Of a DNA stretch of 64,000 nucleotides, positions 36,392 through 46,808 are shown piece by piece. The DNA comes from a virus. Taxonomy: Duplodnaviria > Caudoviricetes. The notes beneath the pieces are model-generated. The model did not search any database and was not told where the DNA came from. It saw nothing but the letters and a program-made list of their open reading frames with translations. The stretch spans positions 24,097 through 88,096 of IMG/VR virus record IMGVR_UViG_640069307_000003; one strand, given 5' to 3'. Positions within the stretch are counted from its first letter, which is position 1. Every line of letters begins with the position of its first letter. A program made the translations under genes and the position numbers.

Positions 36392-36409
36392 GGGGTTGGA
36401 ACAAAATTT

Positions 36410-36457
36410 TTGTAGTGTCAAAAAGTACTTGAATCCCCAACTTTCCGACACTACAAT
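36410..36457 (+). promoter_or_regulatory. brnTA promoter and inverted-repeat operator
   Basis: TTGAAT-17-TACAAT; perfect inverted repeat TTGTAGTGTC (36410-36419) / GACACTACAA (36447-36456). Confidence 0.7.
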
Positions 36458-36466
36458 AAGTGCTCT

Positions 36467-36745
36467 ATGGAAATCACATTCGACCCGGCGAAAGACGCCA
36501 CCAACAAACGAAAGCACGGCTGTTCACTCGCCGACGCGGCCCGGTTTGACTGGGACACGTTGATATACGAGGTTGATAGCCGTTTCGATTACGGCGAAAC
36601 CCGCTATCGAGGCTTGGGCTACATAGGGGACCGGCTGCATCAGGTCGGTTTCACGTTCGAGGGCGAGGCATTCCGCGCAATCAGCCTGCGCAAGGCAAAC
36701 CGCAGAGAGGTAAGGGCATATGAACAAGGTAACGCATCAACGTAA
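36467..36745 (+). CDS. brnT: BrnT family toxin
   Basis: ITFDPAKDATNKRKHG..FDYGETRY..G..RAISLRKANRRE. Confidence 0.92.
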   Translation: MEITFDPAKDATNKRKHGCSLADAARFDWDTLIYEVDSRFDYGETRYRGLGYIGDRLHQVGFTFEGEAFRAISLRKANRREVRAYEQGNAST

Positions 36746-37028
36746 GCATCCGGCGATTTCTGACGCCGAGGAGGCTGCAATCCAGCGCGGCATCGCCGCC
36801 GACCCGGACGCGGCGGAAATCCCTGCCGAGAACATCAAGGCCATGCGCCCGTTCTCGGAACTTGTCGCAAAGAAGCGCATGGGACGGCCGCCGTCGGAGA
36901 ACCCGAAAGAGCAGGTCACGATGCGTTATGACTCGGACGTGCTCGCGGCCTTCCGCGCGACGGGCGCAGGCTGGCAGACGCGCATGAATGAGGCGCTTCG
37001 GACCTACCTGAAAGAGCACGCGCTATAA
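36720..37028 (+). CDS. brnA: BrnA family antitoxin
   Basis: GRPP..PKEQVTMRYDSDVLAAFRATGAGWQTRMNEALR. Confidence 0.92.
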   Translation: MNKVTHQRKHPAISDAEEAAIQRGIAADPDAAEIPAENIKAMRPFSELVAKKRMGRPPSENPKEQVTMRYDSDVLAAFRATGAGWQTRMNEALRTYLKEHAL

Positions 37029-37052
37029 AAAAGCCCGGCACGAGGGCCGGGC
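37027..37052. terminator. Terminator between convergent brnA and ulx
   Basis: AAAAAGCCCGGC-ACGAGG-GCCGGGC. Confidence 0.6.
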
Positions 37053-37126
37053 GAATGCAAATCGGGTTGTGTATCCGCCGCTTGTCGCGGTTCGAGATAG
37101 ACCACCTCCTTTCACGTTGCAATGCC

Positions 37127-37522
37127 TTACTTCTGCTCCTCCATGTCGGGATCGTAGAGGAGCAGGGTGATATCGTCTGTGAGGTCGTATTCGCGCGTCT
37201 GCACGCCCCATGTGCCGCTTGAATCGTCGGAGAACTCCCACGCCGCGATCAGCGTCAGTTCGGGCATCTCGCACGCATATTCGTTCGCCCAAATGGGTTC
37301 CTGATACGTGCCGACGCCCACACCTTGCTCGATCAGAATGCGCTTGACCGCCCACCAATACGGACCGTAGCGAAGGTATTGCTTCTTGTCGCGCGTGAGC
37401 ACCTTCGCGGTTTGCGCAACGAAAATCGGCAGTAGTGCCTTGTCCGCGCCGACCTGTTGCTGATACTCCGCCTGCTTTGCCTGCAAATATGCAGGGTCCA
37501 TCTTGAAAGCCGTAATCGTCAT
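37127..37522 (-). CDS. ulx: Ulx-like Dar-system protein
   Basis: YLRYGPYWWAVKRIL..ELTLIAA resembles P1 Ulx as recalled; lies immediately after darB as in P1. Confidence 0.65.
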   Translation of the reverse strand: MTITAFKMDPAYLQAKQAEYQQQVGADKALLPIFVAQTAKVLTRDKKQYLRYGPYWWAVKRILIEQGVGVGTYQEPIWANEYACEMPELTLIAAWEFSDDSSGTWGVQTREYDLTDDITLLLYDPDMEEQK

Positions 37523-37576
37523 GGCTCATGTCCTGTGTGAGGGGCCGCCGCTCGATACCGGGCTGCGGCCCGCCTG

Positions 37577-40500
37577 TTACGCCTGATAGTCCGCCATGCT
37601 CAGGCCAAGGTGATTCAGCAGGCTTTCCAGAGAGGCTACAGGACTGCCGTTGCTGAACGTCTGGCCGCTTTCCACGGCGATGCGGAACGCCTTGTTGCTG
37701 CTGTTGAACGTGCGGCCTTGCAGGCCCTCCGCGCCCTTCACGGCGATTTTGTTCGAGGCTGCGCCGCCTTGCACGAGAGCGAGATTCACATACTTGCCCG
37801 CCTCGTAGCGGAACGAGCCACGCGTCCACTTATCGCCCGGAAAGAAATAATCGTCCGTTGCGATCCGCGCAGAAATGACACCCGGCTGCTGTTCGAGCAA
37901 CGCCAGAATACCCTTCACATCGGTTCCGGCCGTGTCCGCCGCGCGCGCAGCCTTCGCGACCTTCGCCCATCCCACCATGCTCGCCCACGAGCCGGAGAAC
38001 AGTGCCATTGCCATATTGATGGCATCCGCCCACGTCTCAACGTACAGCCGTGCCGACTTCGGTACCATGAGCGCAGCGCGCACTTCATCGACGCCCACCT
38101 TCAGTTCGATATGGTCGCCTTCTTCGAAAAGCGTTTCAGCGAGCTTGCGGCTCACACCATCGGCGAGGAACGTAGTCGGCATATACGTCGCATACGAGTG
38201 GCGCGCGGCGGTCGCGAGAATTTCATCCACGAACAGCCCGCCCTCGATGGCGCGTTGCAGCGCGGCGCGCGCCGGGCCGCCGAGTGCCGTGCGCGCATCC
38301 GAGCCGACGCTGATCCAGCGTTCGCGGCCGTCGTCGATCTTGCTTTGCTGCTCACGATAGCGGCGCATGTCAAAGCCGAGCGCGTTCGAGAGGTCGCCCA
38401 CTTCGAGCCATGCCGTCTGCGTGTTGAACCACGCGAGCGCCCACGCATCCAGTTCCTCCGGCGTCTTGCACGAGGCAACGCCATCGGGCAGGGCGGCAAA
38501 GAATGCGTCATCGAGTCCGAGGCTTGACACGACTTCCTGAAGGGTCAGGTGCGAGTCAATCGAGGTCAAGTCCTGCCCGGTCGCGCGCACGTTATGCGTC
38601 AGACAGTAGGCTTGGACGGCGGCGGCGCGAGCCTTCGTGCTCAGGTCCGTTGCCGGGCCGATCAGGCGAAGGTCGGAAACCGTCACGTAGCGGTCACGGC
38701 GCTCGGTAATCGCCGCCGCCTGTTCAGCCTTGATGCGCTCGATCAGCGCACCGCCTGCCGCGTTCGGTTCGAGCGCATACGGGAACATCGGGGTCTTGAA
38801 CGCGAACGAGTCACGCCAGAGCGAGCTAGACGGAATCGCAACCGGCATGGCGTCGCGCACGTCAGACACCATCATCGAATACAGGTTGTCGCTATCGGCA
38901 CTGAAGCCGTCCGTATTCGCCTCGATGGTTGCCACGTCGGCCGCGACCGCTCGGGAGACTGCATCGGTCCATCCTTCGCCGCCGCGGTCGATGAACTTCG
39001 CGCCCGTCAGGCGGAACAGGTCGGTCGTCGAGCGATCAGCCGGGTTGAAGCCGAGCAGGCCCGTATCGCCGTAGCGTGTCGGCTTTTGCACGACGAGCAG
39101 CGCGTTCTGGTGCTCGACGAGCGTGCCGACCGCAACAAGCGCGCCGTTGATGATCTGCGCATCACCCGCGCGGAACTTGTCGAGCGCTTCGGCCGCATAG
39201 CCGTCGTCGGTCCGGTTGTTGAACGATACCGCGGCCTCGTCCATCATGCGCCGCGCGATGTTGAGGTCTTTCCGATAGTTCGCATACGCGGCCGTTTCCT
39301 TTTCCGCATCGGTAATCGTCGCGTACCCGTTTCGCGTCTGCGGCAGGTGTTTCGGGCCGGTTGTCAGGCCCGCGAGCACGGCCACTTGCGATTCGAGCAG
39401 GCCCGACAGTTCGCGAATCTGCTTGCTCAGGCGCGCGGCCATGAGGTCAGATTTCGTCTCGTTCAAGCGCTCTTGCAGCGCGTCGATCTTGTCGCGCGTG
39501 CCAGTGACGACGGTGATTTTCGAGTTCACCCACGCCGCAAAGCCTTGGCGCTCGTCGCCCTTTGCATCCGCGCCGAAACGGCCGAGCCACTTCATTTGCG
39601 CCTCGATGATGCGCACGCTTTGAAGTTGGGTCGTGCGGCTCGTCGCGGCGCGCTGGCGCTTGTTGCGCAGCGCGATTTCCTCATTGATCCGGTCCATCGC
39701 CGAAGCGTCGCCGACCGCGTTGGCGAGCATTTCGTAATCCGACGAGGACATATCGCCCTCGATCTTGATCTTCGACGAATCGCCCTTCATGAGCGAGCCA
39801 ATCCAGTCGGCCTTGATGCCAACGAGCTTGCGTTTGTACGCGTCGAAAGTGCCGTCCGCATCGTAGTGGTACACGTTGACGCTATCGACCGGGTTGCCTT
39901 GGCGAACGCCGCGGCCGTTACGCTGGTGAATCGAATCCGGCGTCCAGCCAATCGTCATATGGTGGATAGCCTGCGTGCCCTTCTGCAGGTTGATGCCGAC
40001 CTCTGCCTTTTTGTTGGCGATGACGATTTCGTACTTGTTCTCGTCGCCGTCGGCGTTGTAGCCGTCCTGCACGTCCTGCATACCCGCCACGTCAACCGAT
40101 ACCGCATTGACGATCTTGACCTTCGATTGCGACAGGCCGATAGCGTTCGCAACCGCGATGCGGATTTTGTGGTGCAGGCTCAGTTCGTCGCAGAAAATGA
40201 TCTGCTTGGCGCGCCCCATGTGGCGCGGCGTGGCGGCTTCCGCCTTTACGTTCTCGATGACCGCGGCGAGCTTAGGGCTTACGTTGATGCCCGGCTCGAT
40301 GCCTTCCTTTTCGAGCAGCTTGAGCAGCACGTCTTGCGAGGCGAAATCGACTGACAACAGTTCGATTGCGCCGCCCGAGGCCATGCGCGCGCGCACGGTC
40401 ACGAGGAACTTGGCGATGGCGTCGCCCGTCTCCGTGTCTTTGACGATCTTGGTTTTCACGTCAGCCGGATCGGCGTTCGGATCGTCGTAATCGCGCTCCT

Positions 40501-43500
40501 CGACGATGTTTTTTTTGTTGAATGCGTCGATGGCCTTTTGCGCGCCATCCGCCTGCGACGGGTCGGTTTTGAATACGAAAATGCCCGAATCCAGTTCCGG
40601 GTCGTTGATAACCCGCGTCATCTTGCGGATGAGGTTGAACGGGCTGCCCGCCAGCTTTTGCTCCGGCGTTGCACTGCCGCCCTTCATGGCCTCGACCGCG
40701 TCGAGGTATTCATCCTTGTAATCCATGATGCGGGCGAACGCTTCCTCGCCGATATCGACGCCCGTTGCGATTTCCTCGTATTCGGGAACGGAGATATTGA
40801 TGCCGTCCGCCTTCACGTCCTCCGCGGTCTTGATGAGCGCCGACGTTTGCAGCAGGCGGCGCAGCAGCCCGGCGTTTTGAAGGCCCGTAAAGACGCGGAC
40901 CGGGCGCACGCGGCCGACGATGTTCTCCTCGTCGCGTTCCTCGATATCGCACGCGCCCGCCATGAACGAGTCCGCGCCCGTCACGCCGTACATATTGTTG
41001 ACTTCGCGCTCGCCGAGCGCCAGCGTCAGCATGGAATAGACTTCGAGCGGGCTGTTCGTGACCGGCGTTGCAGTGAGCGAGAGCACGCCGTCATTGCGGG
41101 GCGTGAGGCCGCGCACGTACCAAGCCTTCGCCTGCATATCCATGCCGCGCTGCGACTTCGACGGGTCCGCGAGGTATTTAGCGCCCTTGAACTCCGACGA
41201 GGTCATCTTGGAGTTCTTGTAGTTGTGCGCCTCGTCGAGCACGAGCGAATCAATGCCCATGTCCTCGAAATAGGGGAGTGCGCCCGACTTTTCGCCGAGC
41301 GACTTCGCCTTGGCCGCCTTCGAGTCCGCCGCGATGTTCGCGCGCTTCTTGTTCTCGTCCTCCTCCGCGAGCAGGTAGGCGTCGTCGTTTTCCGTCAGAT
41401 AGGTGACGTAGGCGTCGAGCGTTTCCTCGCGCAGCGGGATCAGCTTGAACGCTTCGAGCGTCATGAAGATCTTGCCGTGACGGTTCTCGCGAATCATGCC
41501 GAGGTCAGCCTTGACCTGCGCGTTATCGACCTTGTCTTTGCCGTCTTTGCCCTGCACGATGCCGACGAAAAGGCAGTCGGACGTGTCGAGGTATGCCTTA
41601 CCTGCTTCCTTTTTCCAGTTCGTGAGCGTCGAGTTCGGCACGACAAACACGGTTTTTTTCTTCACGCCGATAGCCTGCGTGTACTGCACGGTAGCCAGCG
41701 AAGTCAGCGTCTTGCCGAGGCCCACGTCAAAGCCGAGCACGCCGCTGAAGTGCCGCGCGTACTTGCGCGCCGCCGCGTACTGGTACGGGTGCGGGCGGAA
41801 CGTCGTGGTATTGAGGTTCGGAATGTCAAGTGGCGTGCCGTCCGGTTCCTCGATAAAGCGCAGCGCATCCGGCGAGTTCAGCTTGTTGTGCAGGCTGACT
41901 TGGATTTCCTCGTTCGCGCGCGCCCAAGCGTCGAATTGCGCTTTTGCCGCATCGGCGATGCCCTTGATGCGTTGAACCAGTGCGGCCTCGCGTTCCGGGT
42001 CAGCCTCTACATCAGACTGCTTCGATTGCGTCGTGATGTTCTGGTTCTTCAGGTAGCCCTTCACAAAGCGCTGCATGGCCTTGTATGTCGCCATGTCCTC
42101 CGCGCTCGCGTAGCTGCCCGGCTTCTGCTGCTTGATATCGAACACTTCCCGGCCGTTCGCGTCCGTCGTCAGGAAAATGTCTTTCGACACGTACTGCTTC
42201 AGGAATTCGAGCTTTTGCAGGTTCGTGACGTGCGGCGTGAACAGGCTGAAGGTCATTTTCGACACGTCAACCACGTTGATGCGCTCTTTCGCCGCCTCGA
42301 TCTGGCGGACGATCTTCGCCCGCACGTCGGGATCGGTCGCCGCGTCGAGGTCCGCATTGGCCTGCGCGAGGAACGTTGCATAGCTGCCGGTGTAGTAGTC
42401 CGCCGCGCTCGTGACGCTCTGGCCGTCGGCGGAAACGCACCACTCGTCGGAAGTCAGCGGGTCGAAGTCCGAGAATGCCTCGCGCAGCTTTTCGACTGGC
42501 ACGTACCCGGTTTCGTCCTCTGCCTCGTACTTAACCTTTTCGTACAGTTGCGTCGGCGTGAGCGCGACGGCCTCCATGTTGGCCTGAATCTCGCCGCGCC
42601 AGAAAGCCGTAAATTCGCCCTTGTAGCGCACGCTGCGAATCGAGAGCAGCGCATCCTTGATGAGGCGCGAACCCTTGGCAAACGTCTTGTTGCCGTAGGA
42701 CTGCACCTTGGCGAGTTGTGCGGAAAGGACCGGGTACGTCGTGACGTAGTTGAGCGGCTCGACGCTATCCGCGTCCTGCATCAGGTTCATGGCCGCCATG
42801 CCCGCGGCAACCGCTTCCCACCACGGCTGGTTGTCGCCCGGCATGGTGTCAAGCGCCTTGCGCGTGGCGAGCAGCCAGTCAGGAATGTTGCCGTAGTCGC
42901 CGTTGTTGGTCGCGTAATCGACGTAGCTCGATGCCTGCTCCCACGTCACGCCGTTATTGACCGCATCGAGCGGGTTTTGAACCTTCGTGGCGATGCCGAC
43001 CATTTCGGCGTCGGCGGCGAGCTTGGAGTCGAGCGCGACCCATTCGCCATCCTTCATATGAAGGGTCTGGCCGCTCGCGCGAATCACGTCGCCATCTTTG
43101 TAGAGGATCGGCGCGGTTTCGGCGGCGTCGAGCTTTTCCCAGTCGATATGCGACGGTCCGAAGCGGCGAATCATCTTTGCGATGTTCGCAATGGTGTCAT
43201 CGTTGATGACGGCCGCGACCTCGCCATACTTGCCATTGGTCGTGCCTTCCTCGCCGAGGATGTACTTGTGGCCCGCACCGACGAAGTACTTGCCGGACAG
43301 AAATTCATCCCACAGCACGCGCGATTCGGAGAGCAGGGCGGGGTTCTGCGCCTGCAATTCCTCGACCTTCTGCGCGGTCGCGCGCGAGAACTTGCGGAAC
43401 ACGATGAGGTCGGTCGTTACGTCCGCAGCCGCGGTCGTGAAAATGCTGTTCGGCAGGCGATAGCCGCCGACGAACTCGGCCATGAGCGACGCATTCAGGC

Positions 43501-44398
43501 GCAGCTTTCGTTCTTTCGCGCCCGTGCCGGACACAACCGATTTCGGAACGATGAACGCAGCGAGGCCGCCCGGCTTGAGCTTTTGCAGCGTGCGCAGCAC
43601 GAAGTACTCTTGCAGGTTCGCTTTCTGAAATCGCGCGTCTTTCTTCTCGTTGCCGCCGCGCATCGCGTTGTTGCCGAACGGCACGTTAGTAATGACCGCG
43701 TCGTAAATCTCGTCGGGCGTCGATGCGGCGATGGCCTCGAACGGCGACACGGTCGTATTGACCGTCGGGCCGTCGTTGATGAGGCCGTTGATCGTGCCGC
43801 TCGTCTCGTCGAGTTCAACTTGCGTCATGACGGCCGTTTTCGGGCGTGTGGCGGTGAATACGCCGCCGCCCGCCGACGGGTCAAGCACACTGCCGCCCGC
43901 AAAGCCCAGTTCGCCAAGCAAGTCCCACATGGCCGATGCGATGGCCTTCGGCGTGTAGTACTCGTGCGGCGAGCCGGTGAGGCCGTCGGCCGCCGTCAGG
44001 CCGCCGCCGCTGCCCGAATACTTCGCGAGGATGGCGCGGTCCGCGTCCGTCACGGCGCGCCCGGTCGCCTTGATTTCGCGCATGAGCGCGATGGCCGCGT
44101 TGTTGTCTTTCTGCCGCTGTCCGAGCGTGCGCTTGCCTTCCTCCGGGTAGAACTCGCCGGTCGGTTCGGTGCGGCCAGAAACGGGCGTAGGGGCCGGGGC
44201 AGGGGTTGCAGCGCGCAGGCCCAAGGCCATCGCGATTTCACGCAGGCGCTTGCCGATTTGCAGCGCGCGCATCACGTCGGCGGTTTCGGTAGAGAGGGCG
44301 GCGCGCTCGGTAATGAGCTTGGCCGCCTCGCCTGCCAATCGCAGGCGTTGCAGGTCAGACGCGACGTTACTCGCGTCGTCGAGGATTAAGAGTGTCAT
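37577..44398 (-). CDS. darB: DarB: N6-adenine methyltransferase + SNF2/DEAH helicase antirestriction protein
   Basis: EYYTPK, VLDPSAGGGVF, ITNVPFG MTase motifs; FDVGLGKT, LDEAH, LTATPVTNS, QRNGRGVRQGN helicase motifs; 2273 aa. Confidence 0.9.
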   Translation of the reverse strand: MTLLILDDASNVASDLQRLRLAGEAAKLITERAALSTETADVMRALQIGKRLREIAMALGLRAATPAPAPTPVSGRTEPTGEFYPEEGKRTLGQRQKDNNAAIALMREIKATGRAVTDADRAILAKYSGSGGGLTAADGLTGSPHEYYTPKAIASAMWDLLGELGFAGGSVLDPSAGGGVFTATRPKTAVMTQVELDETSGTINGLINDGPTVNTTVSPFEAIAASTPDEIYDAVITNVPFGNNAMRGGNEKKDARFQKANLQEYFVLRTLQKLKPGGLAAFIVPKSVVSGTGAKERKLRLNASLMAEFVGGYRLPNSIFTTAAADVTTDLIVFRKFSRATAQKVEELQAQNPALLSESRVLWDEFLSGKYFVGAGHKYILGEEGTTNGKYGEVAAVINDDTIANIAKMIRRFGPSHIDWEKLDAAETAPILYKDGDVIRASGQTLHMKDGEWVALDSKLAADAEMVGIATKVQNPLDAVNNGVTWEQASSYVDYATNNGDYGNIPDWLLATRKALDTMPGDNQPWWEAVAAGMAAMNLMQDADSVEPLNYVTTYPVLSAQLAKVQSYGNKTFAKGSRLIKDALLSIRSVRYKGEFTAFWRGEIQANMEAVALTPTQLYEKVKYEAEDETGYVPVEKLREAFSDFDPLTSDEWCVSADGQSVTSAADYYTGSYATFLAQANADLDAATDPDVRAKIVRQIEAAKERINVVDVSKMTFSLFTPHVTNLQKLEFLKQYVSKDIFLTTDANGREVFDIKQQKPGSYASAEDMATYKAMQRFVKGYLKNQNITTQSKQSDVEADPEREAALVQRIKGIADAAKAQFDAWARANEEIQVSLHNKLNSPDALRFIEEPDGTPLDIPNLNTTTFRPHPYQYAAARKYARHFSGVLGFDVGLGKTLTSLATVQYTQAIGVKKKTVFVVPNSTLTNWKKEAGKAYLDTSDCLFVGIVQGKDGKDKVDNAQVKADLGMIRENRHGKIFMTLEAFKLIPLREETLDAYVTYLTENDDAYLLAEEDENKKRANIAADSKAAKAKSLGEKSGALPYFEDMGIDSLVLDEAHNYKNSKMTSSEFKGAKYLADPSKSQRGMDMQAKAWYVRGLTPRNDGVLSLTATPVTNSPLEVYSMLTLALGEREVNNMYGVTGADSFMAGACDIEERDEENIVGRVRPVRVFTGLQNAGLLRRLLQTSALIKTAEDVKADGINISVPEYEEIATGVDIGEEAFARIMDYKDEYLDAVEAMKGGSATPEQKLAGSPFNLIRKMTRVINDPELDSGIFVFKTDPSQADGAQKAIDAFNKKNIVEERDYDDPNADPADVKTKIVKDTETGDAIAKFLVTVRARMASGGAIELLSVDFASQDVLLKLLEKEGIEPGINVSPKLAAVIENVKAEAATPRHMGRAKQIIFCDELSLHHKIRIAVANAIGLSQSKVKIVNAVSVDVAGMQDVQDGYNADGDENKYEIVIANKKAEVGINLQKGTQAIHHMTIGWTPDSIHQRNGRGVRQGNPVDSVNVYHYDADGTFDAYKRKLVGIKADWIGSLMKGDSSKIKIEGDMSSSDYEMLANAVGDASAMDRINEEIALRNKRQRAATSRTTQLQSVRIIEAQMKWLGRFGADAKGDERQGFAAWVNSKITVVTGTRDKIDALQERLNETKSDLMAARLSKQIRELSGLLESQVAVLAGLTTGPKHLPQTRNGYATITDAEKETAAYANYRKDLNIARRMMDEAAVSFNNRTDDGYAAEALDKFRAGDAQIINGALVAVGTLVEHQNALLVVQKPTRYGDTGLLGFNPADRSTTDLFRLTGAKFIDRGGEGWTDAVSRAVAADVATIEANTDGFSADSDNLYSMMVSDVRDAMPVAIPSSSLWRDSFAFKTPMFPYALEPNAAGGALIERIKAEQAAAITERRDRYVTVSDLRLIGPATDLSTKARAAAVQAYCLTHNVRATGQDLTSIDSHLTLQEVVSSLGLDDAFFAALPDGVASCKTPEELDAWALAWFNTQTAWLEVGDLSNALGFDMRRYREQQSKIDDGRERWISVGSDARTALGGPARAALQRAIEGGLFVDEILATAARHSYATYMPTTFLADGVSRKLAETLFEEGDHIELKVGVDEVRAALMVPKSARLYVETWADAINMAMALFSGSWASMVGWAKVAKAARAADTAGTDVKGILALLEQQPGVISARIATDDYFFPGDKWTRGSFRYEAGKYVNLALVQGGAASNKIAVKGAEGLQGRTFNSSNKAFRIAVESGQTFSNGSPVASLESLLNHLGLSMADYQA

Positions 44399-44434
44399 TG
44401 GTCGCCGAGAAAGGGTGTAGTTGGCCCGAATCTA

Positions 44435-44480
44435 AGTATCGAGGCCGACTTGCACGCACCTTCCCGGCGCTTTTCCTACG
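44435..44480 (-). promoter_or_regulatory. Putative late promoter (darB)
   Basis: CGTAGGAAAA-30-GATACT. Confidence 0.55.
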
Positions 44481-44483
44481 GCG

Positions 44484-46808
44484 TTACACGCCCTTCATGG
44501 CGTTGACCATGAAATTCGTATAGGCGTTGACCGCCCGCGTCCACGCCTCGCGCATCTCGTCGTCGCCGCCGTAGGCCGCAATCATCGCTTCCAGCTTGTC
44601 GGCCAGTTGGTCGTCCCACATATCGACCTTTTCGGCCGCGACTGCCTCGAAAAACGCGAGGTCGTCGGCGCGCTTCGGGTTGACCGTCGGCGCGGGGCCG
44701 GGATCGGGCACGACAGGAGGCACGACAACCGGGCCGGGCGGCAAGGGCTGGTCGGCCTGCTTCGCGCGCCATTCGCCGTCCTCGGTGTCCTCCGGCAGGG
44801 TCCAGCCATCGGCGGCGTACTCCTCCGCCATCACGTCGGTCACTTCCTTCACGAGGTCAGGCCGGTTCATCGCGATCCACGTTGCGAGGTCCGAGCGCGT
44901 GACGCCGTCCACGTTGTCGGCTGCGAGGCCGTTGAGCACGCGGTACACGTCGATGCGGCGCAGTGCCGCAATGGAATCCGCCGCGGCGGTGATGTAGGTT
45001 TGCATGGTGGCGTCAGAAAGGGTTCCCGGCACCACAGGATCAGGCACAACCGGCGCTTCCTCGCCAGCGGGTTTTCCTTCGGTCGCGAGCGCGAGCAGTT
45101 CGTCGGCCTCGCCGTCGTTGAGGCGTTCATCCGCTCGAATCTGTTCGAGCAGGCCCGGCATTGTCGTGAGCGTGCCCGCGGCCTTCGCTTCCTCGATGGC
45201 GCGGCGGTAGCTTTCGTACTGCGCGCTATGCGCGGTCGCCGCGGGTAGGTCCGAGTTCGCGGGCGCGCCTTCGAGTTCGCGAATGATGGCGAGAATTTCA
45301 TCGGACAGCGTGAGCACGGCGAGCGGGTCGTCGTCGCCCGCGGCTGTGAGCGCCTCGACCTTTTCGAGCAGGCTGCCGCTCAGTTCGAGCGCACGCAGCG
45401 GATCGACCGAATCGAACAGGGACATGGTCGGGTCAACCGGATCAGCCTTCAGTCGGTCGAGTACTTGGGGGCGGGTTGCTTTCTCCACGGCTCCGAACAT
45501 ATCGGAATCCTCCTTCGTGAATTCTTCGTAGGCGAAGCGTGCGGCGGCGCGCAGGCGCTCGCCGATCTTTTTGGCGCTTCGAATGTTCTCGACGAACATG
45601 CGCACGACCTCCATCGTGTCGAGCGATAGCGTCATGTCCGTTTGCTTGGCGAAGTCCGCCAGCTTCACGCCTTGGCGCTTCGCATTGACCGCGAGGCTTG
45701 CCGCCTCGGTCACGACGCCGCGGATATCGAGGTCGCCCGCGCCATCAAGGCGCGCGAGTTCGGCCGCGGCGCTCGCCATGCCGCCAAGGATCGTCTTGAT
45801 TTCTGAATCGACCGATTGAGCGTAAAGGCGCACTAGCTCGGGTGCGTCATAGGCTTTCCAGAAAACGGTCGCCATCAACCGGTCATAGGCTTTCTGGCCC
45901 GGATGCTTGCCGTCCATCAGGTTGTTCCGCTCGCTCTCGGGCATGGCAGCAATGAACGCGAGCGCGGCGGCCTCGGTCGGCTTTCCGTCGTCGGCAACGT
46001 CGATATCGGCGAGGTCGATTCGCTTGGCGTCGTTTTGTGCCTGCTCGACAGGCGACAGGTCAGAAGTGCCGCGCTGGTTCGAGATATCGCCGATGTTCTC
46101 GGTCACGTCCTCGGCGCGCATGACGCGCACGAGAATAGGCGCGGTGAACGCATCGAGTGCGCCGGGCGCGAGGCCCGTCATATCGTCCTGCGCCAGCTCG
46201 ACGCGGTAGTCGTCGGTGGTGCTGCGCTGATAGGCCGCCTTCAGGCCCGCGAGGCGGCCGTTACCGGCGATGGCGCGCAGCTTGCCGGGCACGCCATTGG
46301 TGTAGTCCGCATTGGCGATGCCGTCGGCCGCGTTGCTTGTGAGCAGGTCATCAGCCTCGACAACCGCGTATTGCACGACAAAGCGGCGGCCGTCGGCGGC
46401 AACGGCCTTGTCGTTTCGGCCAAAGGCGATTTTCGAGGGCAACAGGTCGCCATTGCCGAACACAATCGGCGTGCCGCTCGCGAATTCCTTCGTCGGCGCG
46501 ACGCGGTAATAGTCCGGTGCGCTCGCGATGGCGTTCATCTGCGCGATCATCGCTGGCGTGCTCCGGTCGCGGTTCTGCAGGATCACACCGCGCGCGGGCG
46601 TCATGAGGCGCTTGAGCAGCGCCATCAGCGTTTCAGCGGCTTGCAGTTCCGCGAGAGCATCGTCAGCGGCACGGGCCACGTCGAGCGCATCCACGCCCGC
46701 GAGCACGTCGCCTGACAGCATGACGGTATCGAGGTCAAAGCCTCTGGCATCGTCAAAGAGAACCCGCAGGTTCTCGATGACGGCCGGGTTTTCAACGGGA
46801 GTCGTCAT
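44484..46808 (-). CDS. ddrB: DdrB-like protein (ddrB ParB-superfamily domain)
   Basis: QNRDRS, VQYAVVEADDL.TS, AIAGNGR, N.RGTSDLSPVEQA..DA. Confidence 0.75.
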   Translation of the reverse strand: MTTPVENPAVIENLRVLFDDARGFDLDTVMLSGDVLAGVDALDVARAADDALAELQAAETLMALLKRLMTPARGVILQNRDRSTPAMIAQMNAIASAPDYYRVAPTKEFASGTPIVFGNGDLLPSKIAFGRNDKAVAADGRRFVVQYAVVEADDLLTSNAADGIANADYTNGVPGKLRAIAGNGRLAGLKAAYQRSTTDDYRVELAQDDMTGLAPGALDAFTAPILVRVMRAEDVTENIGDISNQRGTSDLSPVEQAQNDAKRIDLADIDVADDGKPTEAAALAFIAAMPESERNNLMDGKHPGQKAYDRLMATVFWKAYDAPELVRLYAQSVDSEIKTILGGMASAAAELARLDGAGDLDIRGVVTEAASLAVNAKRQGVKLADFAKQTDMTLSLDTMEVVRMFVENIRSAKKIGERLRAAARFAYEEFTKEDSDMFGAVEKATRPQVLDRLKADPVDPTMSLFDSVDPLRALELSGSLLEKVEALTAAGDDDPLAVLTLSDEILAIIRELEGAPANSDLPAATAHSAQYESYRRAIEEAKAAGTLTTMPGLLEQIRADERLNDGEADELLALATEGKPAGEEAPVVPDPVVPGTLSDATMQTYITAAADSIAALRRIDVYRVLNGLAADNVDGVTRSDLATWIAMNRPDLVKEVTDVMAEEYAADGWTLPEDTEDGEWRAKQADQPLPPGPVVVPPVVPDPGPAPTVNPKRADDLAFFEAVAAEKVDMWDDQLADKLEAMIAAYGGDDEMREAWTRAVNAYTNFMVNAMKGV

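Noticed and set aside
40538-44389. 1283-aa plus-strand ORF, and similar long antisense ORFs (7351-9249, 24285-26180, 47384-49543, 59101-60801, 22226-23317)
   Set aside because: They are shadow frames of GC-rich genes on the opposite strand, with Arg/Ala-rich translations and no recognisable motifs.
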